A program made the translations under genes and the position numbers. This document shows positions 30,452-39,219 of a DNA stretch of 64,000 nt, one piece after another; the stretch's first letter is position 1; each line of letters begins with the position of its first letter. This DNA comes from an uncultured Chlamydiae bacterium (GTDB taxonomy: Bacteria; Chlamydiota; Chlamydiia; Chlamydiales; SM23-39), in contig CAVSSM010000009.1 in the NCBI GenBank assembly GCA_963730605.1, positions 32,001-96,000 on the forward strand. The letters are read 5' to 3'. The notes below the pieces were generated by a model. The model was not told the DNA's origin. It made no database searches and saw only the letters and a program-made list of their open reading frames with translations.

Positions 30452-31509
30452 TGTAAAGCCTCAACTAAAAGATCAATCTCCGCCTCTCGATTGAAACTAT
30501 GCAAAACAACGCGGAGAGACTCTTTTCCTCGAGGCGCGGTGGGAGGAACAATGGCTCGAACATCAAGACCTTTTTCTTTTAGTCTTTTTGAAAGGTTCCC
30601 TACTTTTTCGATGTCGGCAATATAAAGAGGTTGAATCGGGCTTTGCCCGTTTTGGACTCCTGTCCTTTCCCTGAAATATGCCGTCAATCGATGCAACCGC
30701 TCCTGGTGGCTTTTTGCCTCTTTTGGCAGTTTCACATAGCTCGACTCAATCCGGGCAAGGGCGGCCGTGGGCAATGCTGTGGTATAGATCAAAGGCCTCG
30801 AAAAATTGAGAAGATACTCTTTGAGGAGAGCATTTCCAAGGACGCAGGCTCCATGAGCGCCGAGCGCTTTACTAAAGGTGTGTACGCGAGCGAAAACCGC
30901 CGACTCCAATCCAAGTTCGTAGACCAAGCCCTCTCCTTTCGGACCGCGAATTCCTGTCGCATGAGCTTCGTCGACGATGAGGCCCGCTCCGTATTCACTG
31001 CAAAGAGAGACCATTTCTTGAAGAGGCGCGCACGTGCCGCTGATCGAATAGATCGATTCGACCAGCACAAAAAAAGGGGGAGATCCTTTTTTTAGTCTTT
31101 TTTCCAAAAAATCAAGATCGTTATGTCGAAAGGGGATGCACCTTGCTCTAGAGAGGCGCATTCCATCAACCATGGAGGCATGGATTTCGATGTCATAGAT
31201 AAAAGTGACCTCCTCCATTCCCAAGGCGGAAATGAGGCCCAGGTTGGCGCTATAGCCGCTATTGTAAATTAAGCAGCTCTCTGCTCCATGAAACTTTCGG
31301 ATTCGCTCTTCCAGTTTTTCATAAAACGGGTGATGGCCCGTGAGAAGACGAGACCCGGTTGAACCGCCTGTTCGGCTGCCCGAATCGTCCTCTTTCGCAA
31401 ACCCGAAATAATCATTGGAAGTAAGATCGACGAGCCCGCAGGGTTGCTGCAAGGCTCGAAGAAGTCCTTGATCTTTTCGCTTTTGAAGGCGCGCGTCCAT
31501 GAAATTCAT
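30448..31509 (-). CDS. bioF: 8-amino-7-oxononanoate synthase
   Basis: [28 protein letters not shown]. Confidence 0.95.
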   Translation of the reverse strand: MNFMDARLQKRKDQGLLRALQQPCGLVDLTSNDYFGFAKEDDSGSRTGGSTGSRLLTGHHPFYEKLEERIRKFHGAESCLIYNSGYSANLGLISALGMEEVTFIYDIEIHASMVDGMRLSRARCIPFRHNDLDFLEKRLKKGSPPFFVLVESIYSISGTCAPLQEMVSLCSEYGAGLIVDEAHATGIRGPKGEGLVYELGLESAVFARVHTFSKALGAHGACVLGNALLKEYLLNFSRPLIYTTALPTAALARIESSYVKLPKEAKSHQERLHRLTAYFRERTGVQNGQSPIQPLYIADIEKVGNLSKRLKEKGLDVRAIVPPTAPRGKESLRVVLHSFNREAEIDLLVEALQ

Positions 31510-32471
31510 ACAACCGCCGCGAAAGCTGGGCGTGCCGTTAGGCCAAAAAGGCGAAACATTTTTTCATCCTCTTCGAAGTCGGGATTCGGGCGGGTCAGCA
31601 ATTTTTCTCCTGAAAAAATCGAATTGGCGCCAGCTAGAAAGCATAGCGCCTGTTCTTCCAACGAGCGCTCAAGCCTTCCTGCGGATAGGCGAACCATCGC
31701 TTTTGGCATGGCGATGCGAGCTGTTGCAATCATGCGGATCATATCCCAAATGGGGACAAACGACCGCTCTTCCAAGGGAGTCCCCTCAACGGGAATCAAG
31801 AGATTGATCGGAACTGATTCTGGGTGGCGATCTCGACTGGCTAGCATGTGGATAAGGCCAACCCGATCTTCCACACTCTCTCCCATTCCAATGATTCCAC
31901 CGCAGCAGACGCTGATTCCGGCTTCTTCTACCGCATCCAAGGTCTTGAGCCGATCCTCGTACGCCCGAGTCGTGGTAATCGAAGGATAAAATTCTGGGGA
32001 AGTGTCGAGGTTGTGGTTGTAGGCGTATAGCCCAGCTTGTTTTAGTCGTTGCGCCTGAGAAAGAGTGAGCATCCCCAATGTACAGCAAACTTCCACGCCC
32101 ATATTGGTAATCTTTCGAACTGCACTCAGAATACTGTCAAACTGCGCGCTATCCCGCACCGACCGCCAAGCGGCTCCCAAACACACTCTAGTTGCTCCTT
32201 TTTCGATCGCCTTTTTGGCCAAGTCTATGATCTCTTTCTCCTCCATGAGAGGAATTGCTTTTACATTCGTTTGATAACGGGCAGACTGAGGGCAATACTT
32301 ACAGTCTTCGGGACATCCCCCAGTTTTAATCGAAATTAAAGAACAGACTTGCACTTCATTTGCGGGATGATATGTCCTGTGAAGCGCAGCGGCGCGGGCA
32401 ATCAGTTCAAAAAGCGGGCTGTCATGAATCTCCCGAATTTCCTCTCTCGTCCAATTCGATCTGCAATCCAT
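31506..32471 (-). CDS. bioB: Biotin synthase
   Basis: CPEDCKYC radical-SAM motif, [11 protein letters not shown] at 32471 after GGAGGA. Confidence 0.97.
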   Translation of the reverse strand: MDCRSNWTREEIREIHDSPLFELIARAAALHRTYHPANEVQVCSLISIKTGGCPEDCKYCPQSARYQTNVKAIPLMEEKEIIDLAKKAIEKGATRVCLGAAWRSVRDSAQFDSILSAVRKITNMGVEVCCTLGMLTLSQAQRLKQAGLYAYNHNLDTSPEFYPSITTTRAYEDRLKTLDAVEEAGISVCCGGIIGMGESVEDRVGLIHMLASRDRHPESVPINLLIPVEGTPLEERSFVPIWDMIRMIATARIAMPKAMVRLSAGRLERSLEEQALCFLAGANSIFSGEKLLTRPNPDFEEDEKMFRLFGLTARPAFAAVV

Positions 32472-32538
32472 GCAATCCTCCAAATTTGGTTCCAAGGATA
32501 GAGGCCCATTTCTCTGGCTTTCAAGGTCAAAAAGCTGC

Positions 32539-32562
32539 ATAAAACCTAAAAACCAGTTTATA
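32539..32562. promoter_or_regulatory. Operator-like palindrome, site 1 (ATAAAACC-N8-AGTTTATA)
   Basis: Inverted near-copy of site 2 in the bioB/regulator divergent spacer. Confidence 0.5.
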
Positions 32563-32625
32563 AAAACGGGCAATCTGGGGTATATTCGATCTCTCGAATG
32601 AAGGAAATTTGCAGATAGCAGACTT

Positions 32626-32649
32626 TATAAACCAAATTTTGGGTTAATT
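32626..32649. promoter_or_regulatory. Operator-like palindrome, site 2 (TATAAACC-N8-GGTTAATT)
   Basis: Ends 3 nt before the regulator ATG. Confidence 0.5.
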
Positions 32650-32652
32650 TTT

Positions 32653-33435
32653 ATGTTAGAGGGACTTTGCGGAAACAAAAATGTGCAAAAAGTGTTGCTG
32701 TTTCTGTTTGTAAACAGCAAGTGCTATGGAGCTCAGCTCCAGAGGCTTCTTAGAACACCTCTGACAACTCTTCAAAATACATTAGCGCGTCTAGAAAAAG
32801 GGAAAATCATCGTAAGCTACACTGAGGGAAAAACGAAGCTCTATCAACTGAACCCCTCCTATCCAATCATAGCCGAGCTGGAGCAACTTTTAAAAAAGAC
32901 GTATACTCTTCTCTCTCCTCAAGATAAAAAGCTCTATTCGCTCGTTCAGCAAGACGCTTTTGAGAAACGAATCCAGGATCCTCAGCTACTCAGCTTTTGG
33001 GAGCGGCTAAAGATTGTCAAAGAGGTCGCCCTCCATGCCCGAACGCGATCCAAAGACGGGTCAGGATGGAATGGAAGCGGCAAAGGAAATGTTCTGGTGG
33101 CGCAGGACAGCGCCGCCATTTTGACTTTACACGAGCGGGGTTCTTGGCAGGTGCAACAGACCCAAAATATGACATTCAGCAACACGTTCCGCTGGACGCT
33201 GGATCTTAGCGCTGGGATGATCTCTTTAGAGCACTTACGCAAAGGTCCTAACTATCCAGTATTTCTCTTTCACTTGGCGCCGACTGCCAACCAACATCTT
33301 GCCTCAGTGGAATCCCACTTGTGCGAAGAAGACGTGTATATGGCGCAGGTTGCTTGGGATCGGCATCACATCCGCCTTTCTTGGCGAGTCATCGGCCCTA
33401 AAAAGAATGAAGAGATGGAATATTATTACATCTGA
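32653..33435 (+). CDS. Winged-helix (ArsR-like) regulator fused to a DUF6314-like beta-rich domain
   Basis: N-terminal wHTH (LQNTLARLEKG...KLYQLNP); C-terminal GWNGSGKG, ERGSW, FRW, HLCEEDVY, WRVIGPKK. Confidence 0.7.
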   Translation: MLEGLCGNKNVQKVLLFLFVNSKCYGAQLQRLLRTPLTTLQNTLARLEKGKIIVSYTEGKTKLYQLNPSYPIIAELEQLLKKTYTLLSPQDKKLYSLVQQDAFEKRIQDPQLLSFWERLKIVKEVALHARTRSKDGSGWNGSGKGNVLVAQDSAAILTLHERGSWQVQQTQNMTFSNTFRWTLDLSAGMISLEHLRKGPNYPVFLFHLAPTANQHLASVESHLCEEDVYMAQVAWDRHHIRLSWRVIGPKKNEEMEYYYI

Positions 33436-33614
33436 AGCTGTTCATTGATAGGTTGTTTCCTTAGAGCCATAACTATTTGTAGGAATTCATCTACGCTGAC
33501 TCCGGATAGAGAGTCCATTTTACTCTGACACGTTACCGTTCTCGCATTTTAACCGATTTCCATCTCATCATTTTGTGCAAGTCATATCTCCACTAACACA
33601 CAACAAGGGATTCT

Positions 33615-34175
33615 CTACACTTCTATAGCGATGTAAACTTTTACTTCTGGATTTTTTTGAGGGTCAAAATCAGAATAGTACAGCTCAAAATCGCTTGTGT
33701 AGGAGCGAAGGAGATTTGATTTCCAAACCGCTTGCCATGCAGCAATCAGCCCTTGGGGAAATTCCCCCTGAGTTGTAAAAACAGCATACTTTGATTCAGG
33801 AATCACTTTGCCGACGAGTCCTTCTGGTATCTCGTCTAAACTAGAAACTTCGCATCCAAGAATCCAGGAATAAGGCTTGGTATAATCTCCTTCATAGTCA
33901 GTATAAAGAGCGAGAATATTGCCATTTATTTTATTCGGAATTTTTGCAAGAGTATTTTCCTTAAAAAATCTTTCCTTATGAGCAGGCATTGCTGAAGAAC
34001 ATTTCTCATTGTTTGTTCTCAGCTCAAGTCCAATGAAAAATTTCTTCTTTTGTTTTTCGATAGTATAGTTCATTTCGTGTCCCTGCATTTGGTTTTCTTG
34101 TGCCTGGGCTTCGTGACAGTATCCCCATGTAAAAGCAAAGCTAAGAACAAGGAGAAGTAATTTCTTTTTGCTCAT
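33615..34175 (-). CDS. GyrI-like effector-binding domain protein
   Basis: IGLELRTNN, YTDYEGD, YAVFT, DFELY; AT-rich. Confidence 0.8.
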   Translation of the reverse strand: MSKKKLLLLVLSFAFTWGYCHEAQAQENQMQGHEMNYTIEKQKKKFFIGLELRTNNEKCSSAMPAHKERFFKENTLAKIPNKINGNILALYTDYEGDYTKPYSWILGCEVSSLDEIPEGLVGKVIPESKYAVFTTQGEFPQGLIAAWQAVWKSNLLRSYTSDFELYYSDFDPQKNPEVKVYIAIEV

Positions 34176-34473
34176 TTTTTAATCCCCAAACGCGTTTATG
34201 TAATTTTTGGTTAGCTATTATCAGTGTTTTCATCGGTTCGTCGTGAGACAATTGGCTGTCTCGAGAGTATTGCATTGCTGATTGAATGTAATCGATGTCT
34301 TTAGCTTGTGGAGCAGAAGCACTCACAAATTTTCTAATCCAAGTTACTCCTTCCTCTTCGGGTAGGTTTTTTTTTAAGAAAAGCATGTCTTCATCTGTCC
34401 AGAAGGACTCATTCGCTTCTTGGTGGCCCTTTTTGATACTTCCAGCTAGATAAATAGAAATTTTGGTATCCAT
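34141..34473 (-). pseudogene. Truncated gene remnant (nucleoside 2-deoxyribosyltransferase-like N-terminus)
   Basis: Starts MDTKISIYLAGSI, only ~110 aa, appears internally deleted; AT-rich. Confidence 0.4.
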
Positions 34474-34575
34474 TTTTAACTCACAGTTCAGTTGTGCATC
34501 ACCTATCACACGGTCGATTTTTGAGGGGGACTTTGGATGCATGCTTTAGTCATAAGTTCCTGATAAAAAAAGAAA

Positions 34576-34650
34576 TCTGGGTGAGAGGATTTGAACCTCC
34601 GACCTCTTGCACCCCATGCAAACGCGCTAGCCAAGCTGCGCTACACCCAG
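34576..34650 (-). tRNA. tRNA-Pro(GGG)
   Basis: CTGGGTGTAGCGCAGCTTGGCTAGCGCG...ATGGGGT...GGTTCAAATCC...CACCCAGA cloverleaf. Confidence 0.96.
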
Positions 34651-34917
34651 ATAGTCAGGCGAGACGGCCGTCGCAATTCCTTCGAATTGGAGATCGGCCT
34701 TTTTGAATTCTTTGACCCCGTGCCGAGCGGATTCCTCAACGATTTTTTCCAGTGAATCGCCGGGATGGAGCTCCAGCGCATTGATATCGACCGAGATCGA
34801 AGCTGAGAAAATCACCCCGTTCCGAAGCCCTTTGACCCGGAAGTTGGCATAGATCGCGTCTTTTTTGCGGGTAACGTTTACAAATCGAATGACATTGTTT
34901 TCGGCTAAATTTTTCAA
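34627..34917 (-). CDS. Small conserved chlamydial hypothetical protein
   Basis: 96 aa, protein-like composition, TTG start, own promoter, next to ung. Confidence 0.7.
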   Translation of the reverse strand: MKNLAENNVIRFVNVTRKKDAIYANFRVKGLRNGVIFSASISVDINALELHPGDSLEKIVEESARHGVKEFKKADLQFEGIATAVSPDYLGVAQLG

Positions 34918-34940
34918 AGCTCACCCCGTAAAATGGTTAA

Positions 34941-34970
34941 ATCTTAGATTCTCATCGACCTTTCTGTCAA
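34941..34970 (-). promoter_or_regulatory. Sigma66-type promoter
   Basis: TTGACA-N18-TAAGAT on the minus strand. Confidence 0.6.
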
Positions 34971-35001
34971 TTCCGCATTTGGGTTAGTATGTGGGGAAAA
35001 T

Positions 35002-35703
35002 ATGGCTCTCGTCGCAGAAAAAATTGCTTACATGGAGGCCTCCTGGCTCGAGCGGCTTAAGCAAGAATTCGAGAAACCCTACATGGCCGAGCTCGAGGCC
35101 TTTTTGGCCTCGGAAATCTCCTCGGGAGCCGTGATCTATCCTCCCTTCGAATTGATTTTCAACGCTTTTTGCCAAACACCTTTTGAAGAAGTAAAGGTCG
35201 TCATCATCGGGCAAGACCCTTACCATGGCCCTGGACAGGCGCATGGACTCTCCTTCAGCGTCCCTAAGGGCATGCCCACGCCGCCGTCCCTCCAAAATAT
35301 CTTTAAGGAACTGAAAGACGATTTGAAAATTCCCGCTCCTTCCCATGGATGCTTGATCGATTGGGCAAAACAAGGCGTGCTGCTTCTCAACGCGACCCTT
35401 ACGGTGCGAGCCGATGAGCCTAAGTCCCACTACGGCAAAGGATGGGAGATTTTTACGGACAGGGTCGTACAGCTTTTATGCGCTCGAAAGGATCCTCTCG
35501 TATTTCTTCTCTGGGGCAAATCGGCGCTCGAAAAGTTCCAGCATATCGAATCTTGTGCTGCAACCCCTCACCTTGCCCTGACCGCGCCCCATCCTTCCCC
35601 CCTTTCGGCTCATTCGGGCTTTCTCGGCTGCCGCCACTTCTCCAAGACAAACCAATTCTTGCAAAGCAAGGGCCAAGAGCCAATAGATTGGAAAATTCGC
35701 TGA
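35002..35703 (+). CDS. ung: Uracil-DNA glycosylase
   Basis: GQDPYH, GVLLLN, HPSPLS. Confidence 0.97.
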   Translation: MALVAEKIAYMEASWLERLKQEFEKPYMAELEAFLASEISSGAVIYPPFELIFNAFCQTPFEEVKVVIIGQDPYHGPGQAHGLSFSVPKGMPTPPSLQNIFKELKDDLKIPAPSHGCLIDWAKQGVLLLNATLTVRADEPKSHYGKGWEIFTDRVVQLLCARKDPLVFLLWGKSALEKFQHIESCAATPHLALTAPHPSPLSAHSGFLGCRHFSKTNQFLQSKGQEPIDWKIR

Positions 35704-35722
35704 TCTTGCTATTATAGATCGT

Positions 35723-36958
35723 ATGCCTTCGGGAAGATCAAAATTATTTCTTGCCTCTGTCTATTTTACTTTTTTCATCGACAACCTTTGTTGGTCGATT
35801 GTATTTCCCCTTTTCGCTCCTTATTTTCTTGACCCGAATAATGTCCTCTTTTCCAAACATGTATCGGAAGAGACCCGCACGACGATCCTCGGGTTATTTC
35901 TGACCGCATTTTCGCTCGGGCAATTTCTTGGGGCCCCGATTTTAGGCGAGTATGCCGATCGGACCGGAAGGAAAAAAGCCCTGCTTTTGAGCGTATTTTT
36001 TACCTTTGTAGGCGTAGGCGTCACCGCGCTGAGCATGGGAGCGCATATCCTATGGCTTCTTTTTGCAGGTCGCCTCATCACAGGCCTGTTCGCGAGTAAT
36101 ATGTCGATTTGCCTGGCCGCCGTTTCTGACCTGAGCCAGACTGAAAAATTGAAAGTGAAGCATTTCGGGCAGCTTTCTGTCCTGGCAGGCCTCTCGTTTG
36201 TGCTTGGCGCATTTTTAGGAGGAAAACTTTCCGATCCGACGATCCTTCCTCTCTTCACTCCCAGTTTTCCCCTCTTCGTAGCCTCAGCTCTTACTTTTTT
36301 GAATTTCCTATTCGTTTGGTTTGGATTTCAGGAGACGAGCACAATCGACCCTACTGTAAAATTTCATTTCTGGGCATCCTTCCTAAATGTTAAAAAAGCT
36401 CTTCAAACAAAAAAAATCAGTCGCGTTTATTTCGTCTATTTTCTTTTTCTTTTCTCATGGACAATCCTCTTCCAATTCATCCCGGTCCTTGTTGTCCACA
36501 GCTTTGGGTTCACTAGCTCAGACATCGGCGATTTGGCCCTTTTTATGGGTCTTTGCTGGGCCATCGGAGCTGCCTATTTAAGCAGGCTGCTTTTGCACTG
36601 GTTTTCATCCGCGCACATTTTAGAAGGCTGCTTATGTCTCTTTACCGCCCTTTTCCTCGCTCTCATTTTTCCCATGTATATCTACATTGTTTTGCCGATC
36701 GTCGGTCTTTGCGTGGTGATTGGAGGTTTGGGATGGCCGCTTTGCAATAATCTCATCTCCAATCTCGCTCCCCACGGGCACCAAGGTAAAATTTTAGGAA
36801 TGAGTCAGTCGATCCAGTCGCTTGCTATGGCTCTTGCGCCCATCGCCGGGGGGGTGATTTCTCAAGGATCGATCAGGCTCCCGTTTTTGATGGGAGCCAT
36901 ATCCGGATGCCTTGCGCTCTTTGTCTATTATTTTAGCTTGAAGGAGCGACAAAGTTGA
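35723..36958 (+). CDS. MFS efflux transporter (TetA-like)
   Basis: GEYADRTGRK motif A; ~12 TM segments. Confidence 0.88.
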   Translation: MPSGRSKLFLASVYFTFFIDNLCWSIVFPLFAPYFLDPNNVLFSKHVSEETRTTILGLFLTAFSLGQFLGAPILGEYADRTGRKKALLLSVFFTFVGVGVTALSMGAHILWLLFAGRLITGLFASNMSICLAAVSDLSQTEKLKVKHFGQLSVLAGLSFVLGAFLGGKLSDPTILPLFTPSFPLFVASALTFLNFLFVWFGFQETSTIDPTVKFHFWASFLNVKKALQTKKISRVYFVYFLFLFSWTILFQFIPVLVVHSFGFTSSDIGDLALFMGLCWAIGAAYLSRLLLHWFSSAHILEGCLCLFTALFLALIFPMYIYIVLPIVGLCVVIGGLGWPLCNNLISNLAPHGHQGKILGMSQSIQSLAMALAPIAGGVISQGSIRLPFLMGAISGCLALFVYYFSLKERQS

Positions 36959-37881
36959 TGCTAGATCAAGCGATCGAGTCTTTGGTTGGAGCCATCCCTC
37001 CTCGCGTCCTGAAGAAGGCAAGCGAAGCTCTCTCAAAAGCATATCGCGAGGCAAGGGGGTCGCGGACTATTTTCGAAAATGCCGCTTCTCGCATCGCCTA
37101 TCTTGCTGTCAGGTGCCCTGCAACTTTTGGAGCGGTAAGCGCGGTTCTTCGAGAGTTGCCCATTGCCCCTGCCACATGGCTCGATTTAGGGGCTGGGCCA
37201 GGAGCAGCGTCCTGGGCCGCGGCGGCTGAGTTCCAGAGCCTCCGCTCTTTCACTCTCATCGAAAAAAATCCTGAAGCCATTGCAATCGGAAAACAACTCG
37301 CGGAACTCCATCCTTTGCTGCAACAGGCAAAGTGGCTCTCCGCCTCATTGCCTCTCGATCTCCCTCCGGCAGATGCCGCGATCCTCTCATATTCCTTGGG
37401 AGAGCTCGAGCGCCCCACGCAGCTCATCGACTGTTGGTGGAAAGCGGCGATCCCCTTTCTCGTCATTGTAGAGCCTGGCACTCCCCGCGGATTTTCTGTG
37501 ATCAAGAAAGCTCGCGATCAAATTATTTCTTTAGGCGGCTTTTTGGTTGCCCCCTGCACCCATGCTTTGCGCTGTCCTCTCAAAGAAAATGATTGGTGCC
37601 ATTTTTCAGTTCGGATCGCAAGAAGCCGGCTCCATCGCTATTTGAAGGGAGGAACGCTAGGATATGAGGATGAAAAATATTCTTATCTGATCGCATCGAA
37701 AAATCCGTTACACCGTCACACATCCCGTATCCTCCGCTCCCCTCAAAAAAATAGCGGACATGTGCGCCTAACCCTTTGCACAAGCTCTGGAAATGTTGCA
37801 GAAATAACTATTGGCCGCAGCCAAGAATTATATCGAAAAGCCCGGAATGCCTCGTGGGGAGATGCTTGGGAAACTGATTAA
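36955..37881 (+). CDS. Rsm22-family SAM-dependent methyltransferase
   Basis: LDLGAGPG, IVEPGTPRGF, APCTH..CP..WCHF, EDEKYSY. Confidence 0.85.
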   Translation: MMLDQAIESLVGAIPPRVLKKASEALSKAYREARGSRTIFENAASRIAYLAVRCPATFGAVSAVLRELPIAPATWLDLGAGPGAASWAAAAEFQSLRSFTLIEKNPEAIAIGKQLAELHPLLQQAKWLSASLPLDLPPADAAILSYSLGELERPTQLIDCWWKAAIPFLVIVEPGTPRGFSVIKKARDQIISLGGFLVAPCTHALRCPLKENDWCHFSVRIARSRLHRYLKGGTLGYEDEKYSYLIASKNPLHRHTSRILRSPQKNSGHVRLTLCTSSGNVAEITIGRSQELYRKARNASWGDAWETD

Positions 37882-37928
37882 TAATGGGAGAAGAGTATAA
37901 ATCTTCAATCTGCTATACTTAGGATAGA

Positions 37929-38336
37929 ATGCCGGAAGATATAAAAGATATCCTCAATCATTTAATTGCTTCTCCTAAGGAGAGTCAAATCCAAATCGAT
38001 TTCGATTTGGAAAAGAGAATTTTTTCTTTGTCGATATCCATCTTTCTTGCGAAAACCGCCTTGCCCCGTTCAATCAAAGAATACGTTGAGAAACGGACGG
38101 GGCGATGCTTCAAACCTCATGCCACCTTCTTTCAAATTGAAAGAGAAAGGAGGGTATTGCTTGTTCAAGAAATTCCATTTAAGTGGGGGTTCGATCCAGG
38201 AAGCCGGCAAGAGGTTCTCGATTTTCTTCAACTGGCTAAGCGCTGTCATCGGATGCTCTATGAAATCGCTCTTGAAGAGAAATACAAAGAAGCCCTCCAT
38301 CTTGACTCCGATCTAGGAGCCGGGCAAAATCCGTAG
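37929..38336 (+). CDS. Hypothetical protein
   Basis: 135 aa ORF preceded by TGCTATACT and an AGGA RBS, coupled to dapA. Confidence 0.65.
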   Translation: MPEDIKDILNHLIASPKESQIQIDFDLEKRIFSLSISIFLAKTALPRSIKEYVEKRTGRCFKPHATFFQIERERRVLLVQEIPFKWGFDPGSRQEVLDFLQLAKRCHRMLYEIALEEKYKEALHLDSDLGAGQNP

Positions 38337-38337
38337 C

Positions 38338-39219
38338 ATGAAACTCAACGCGCAAGGGGCCTTCGTCGCTTTGGTGACGCCTTTCGACCCAAAAGGGCGG
38401 ATCGACTGGAAATGCATTGAAAAGCTTGTATCTTGGCATCTTGGAGAGGGAACGGAAGGACTCCTTTGTTGCGGAGCCACCGGGGAAGGGATGGCCGTAT
38501 CCGAAAAAGAGAAAAAGAAGATGGTCTCTCTTTGCGTCGAGGTTGCAGAAAATAAAATTCCAATCATTGTCAGTAGCGGGACAGCCGATACAAAGCAGTC
38601 CGTCCGTCTCACGGAAGAGATGCTGAAATTGGGCGCAAACGGCGGCCTCATCGTAACTCCTTATTACAATAAACCGACGCAAAGAGGATGTATCCGCCAT
38701 TTTGCTGAGATCGCCAAAGTTGGGTTGCCGGTGATCGTTTATAATAATCCCGGGCGGGTTTGCGTGCGGCTCGAGGCAGAGACCGTCGCCGAATGTGCCG
38801 CGATCCCGGGAATTGCAGGATATAAAGATTCGACGGCGGATATCGCCCTGATCCGGAAAATCCGGAAGCTCTGTTCCATTCCCATCCTTTCGGGAGATGA
38901 TCATTTAACCTATGAAACTCTTTTGGAGGGAGGAGCGGGAGCGATTTCTGTCATCGGAAATCTCTTTCCAAAAGCATGGAAGGCGATGATCTCTCTTGCC
39001 TTGGGAAAAAAATGGTCGCCTGCCAAAGAAATCGCCGATCGGTTTCAGCCACTTTGTAAAGCCCTGTTTTTGGAGCCGAATCCTCAATGTCTCAAGTTCG
39101 CCATGAGCTGGCTGGGGAAATGCCCAGGATATTTGAGGCTGCCGCTTGTTTCTCCTACCGAAATGACGCAAGATCAGATCGTAGAAGAAATCGCTAGACT
39201 TCAACCGACGGAAGTTTAG
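38338..39219 (+). CDS. dapA: 4-hydroxy-tetrahydrodipicolinate synthase
   Basis: ALVTPF, GATGE, TPYYNKP, YNNPGR, GYKDS, SGDD. Confidence 0.95.
   Translation: MKLNAQGAFVALVTPFDPKGRIDWKCIEKLVSWHLGEGTEGLLCCGATGEGMAVSEKEKKKMVSLCVEVAENKIPIIVSSGTADTKQSVRLTEEMLKLGANGGLIVTPYYNKPTQRGCIRHFAEIAKVGLPVIVYNNPGRVCVRLEAETVAECAAIPGIAGYKDSTADIALIRKIRKLCSIPILSGDDHLTYETLLEGGAGAISVIGNLFPKAWKAMISLALGKKWSPAKEIADRFQPLCKALFLEPNPQCLKFAMSWLGKCPGYLRLPLVSPTEMTQDQIVEEIARLQPTEV

Noticed and set aside
32539..32649. Canonical BirA operator
   Set aside because: Spacer is 8 nt rather than ~15-16 and the TGT/ACA ends are missing; kept as a different operator candidate
33490..33540. Possible IS-end remnant (TGTCAGAGTAAAATGGACTC on the minus strand)
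   Set aside because: No partner repeat or transposase fragment found; too weak
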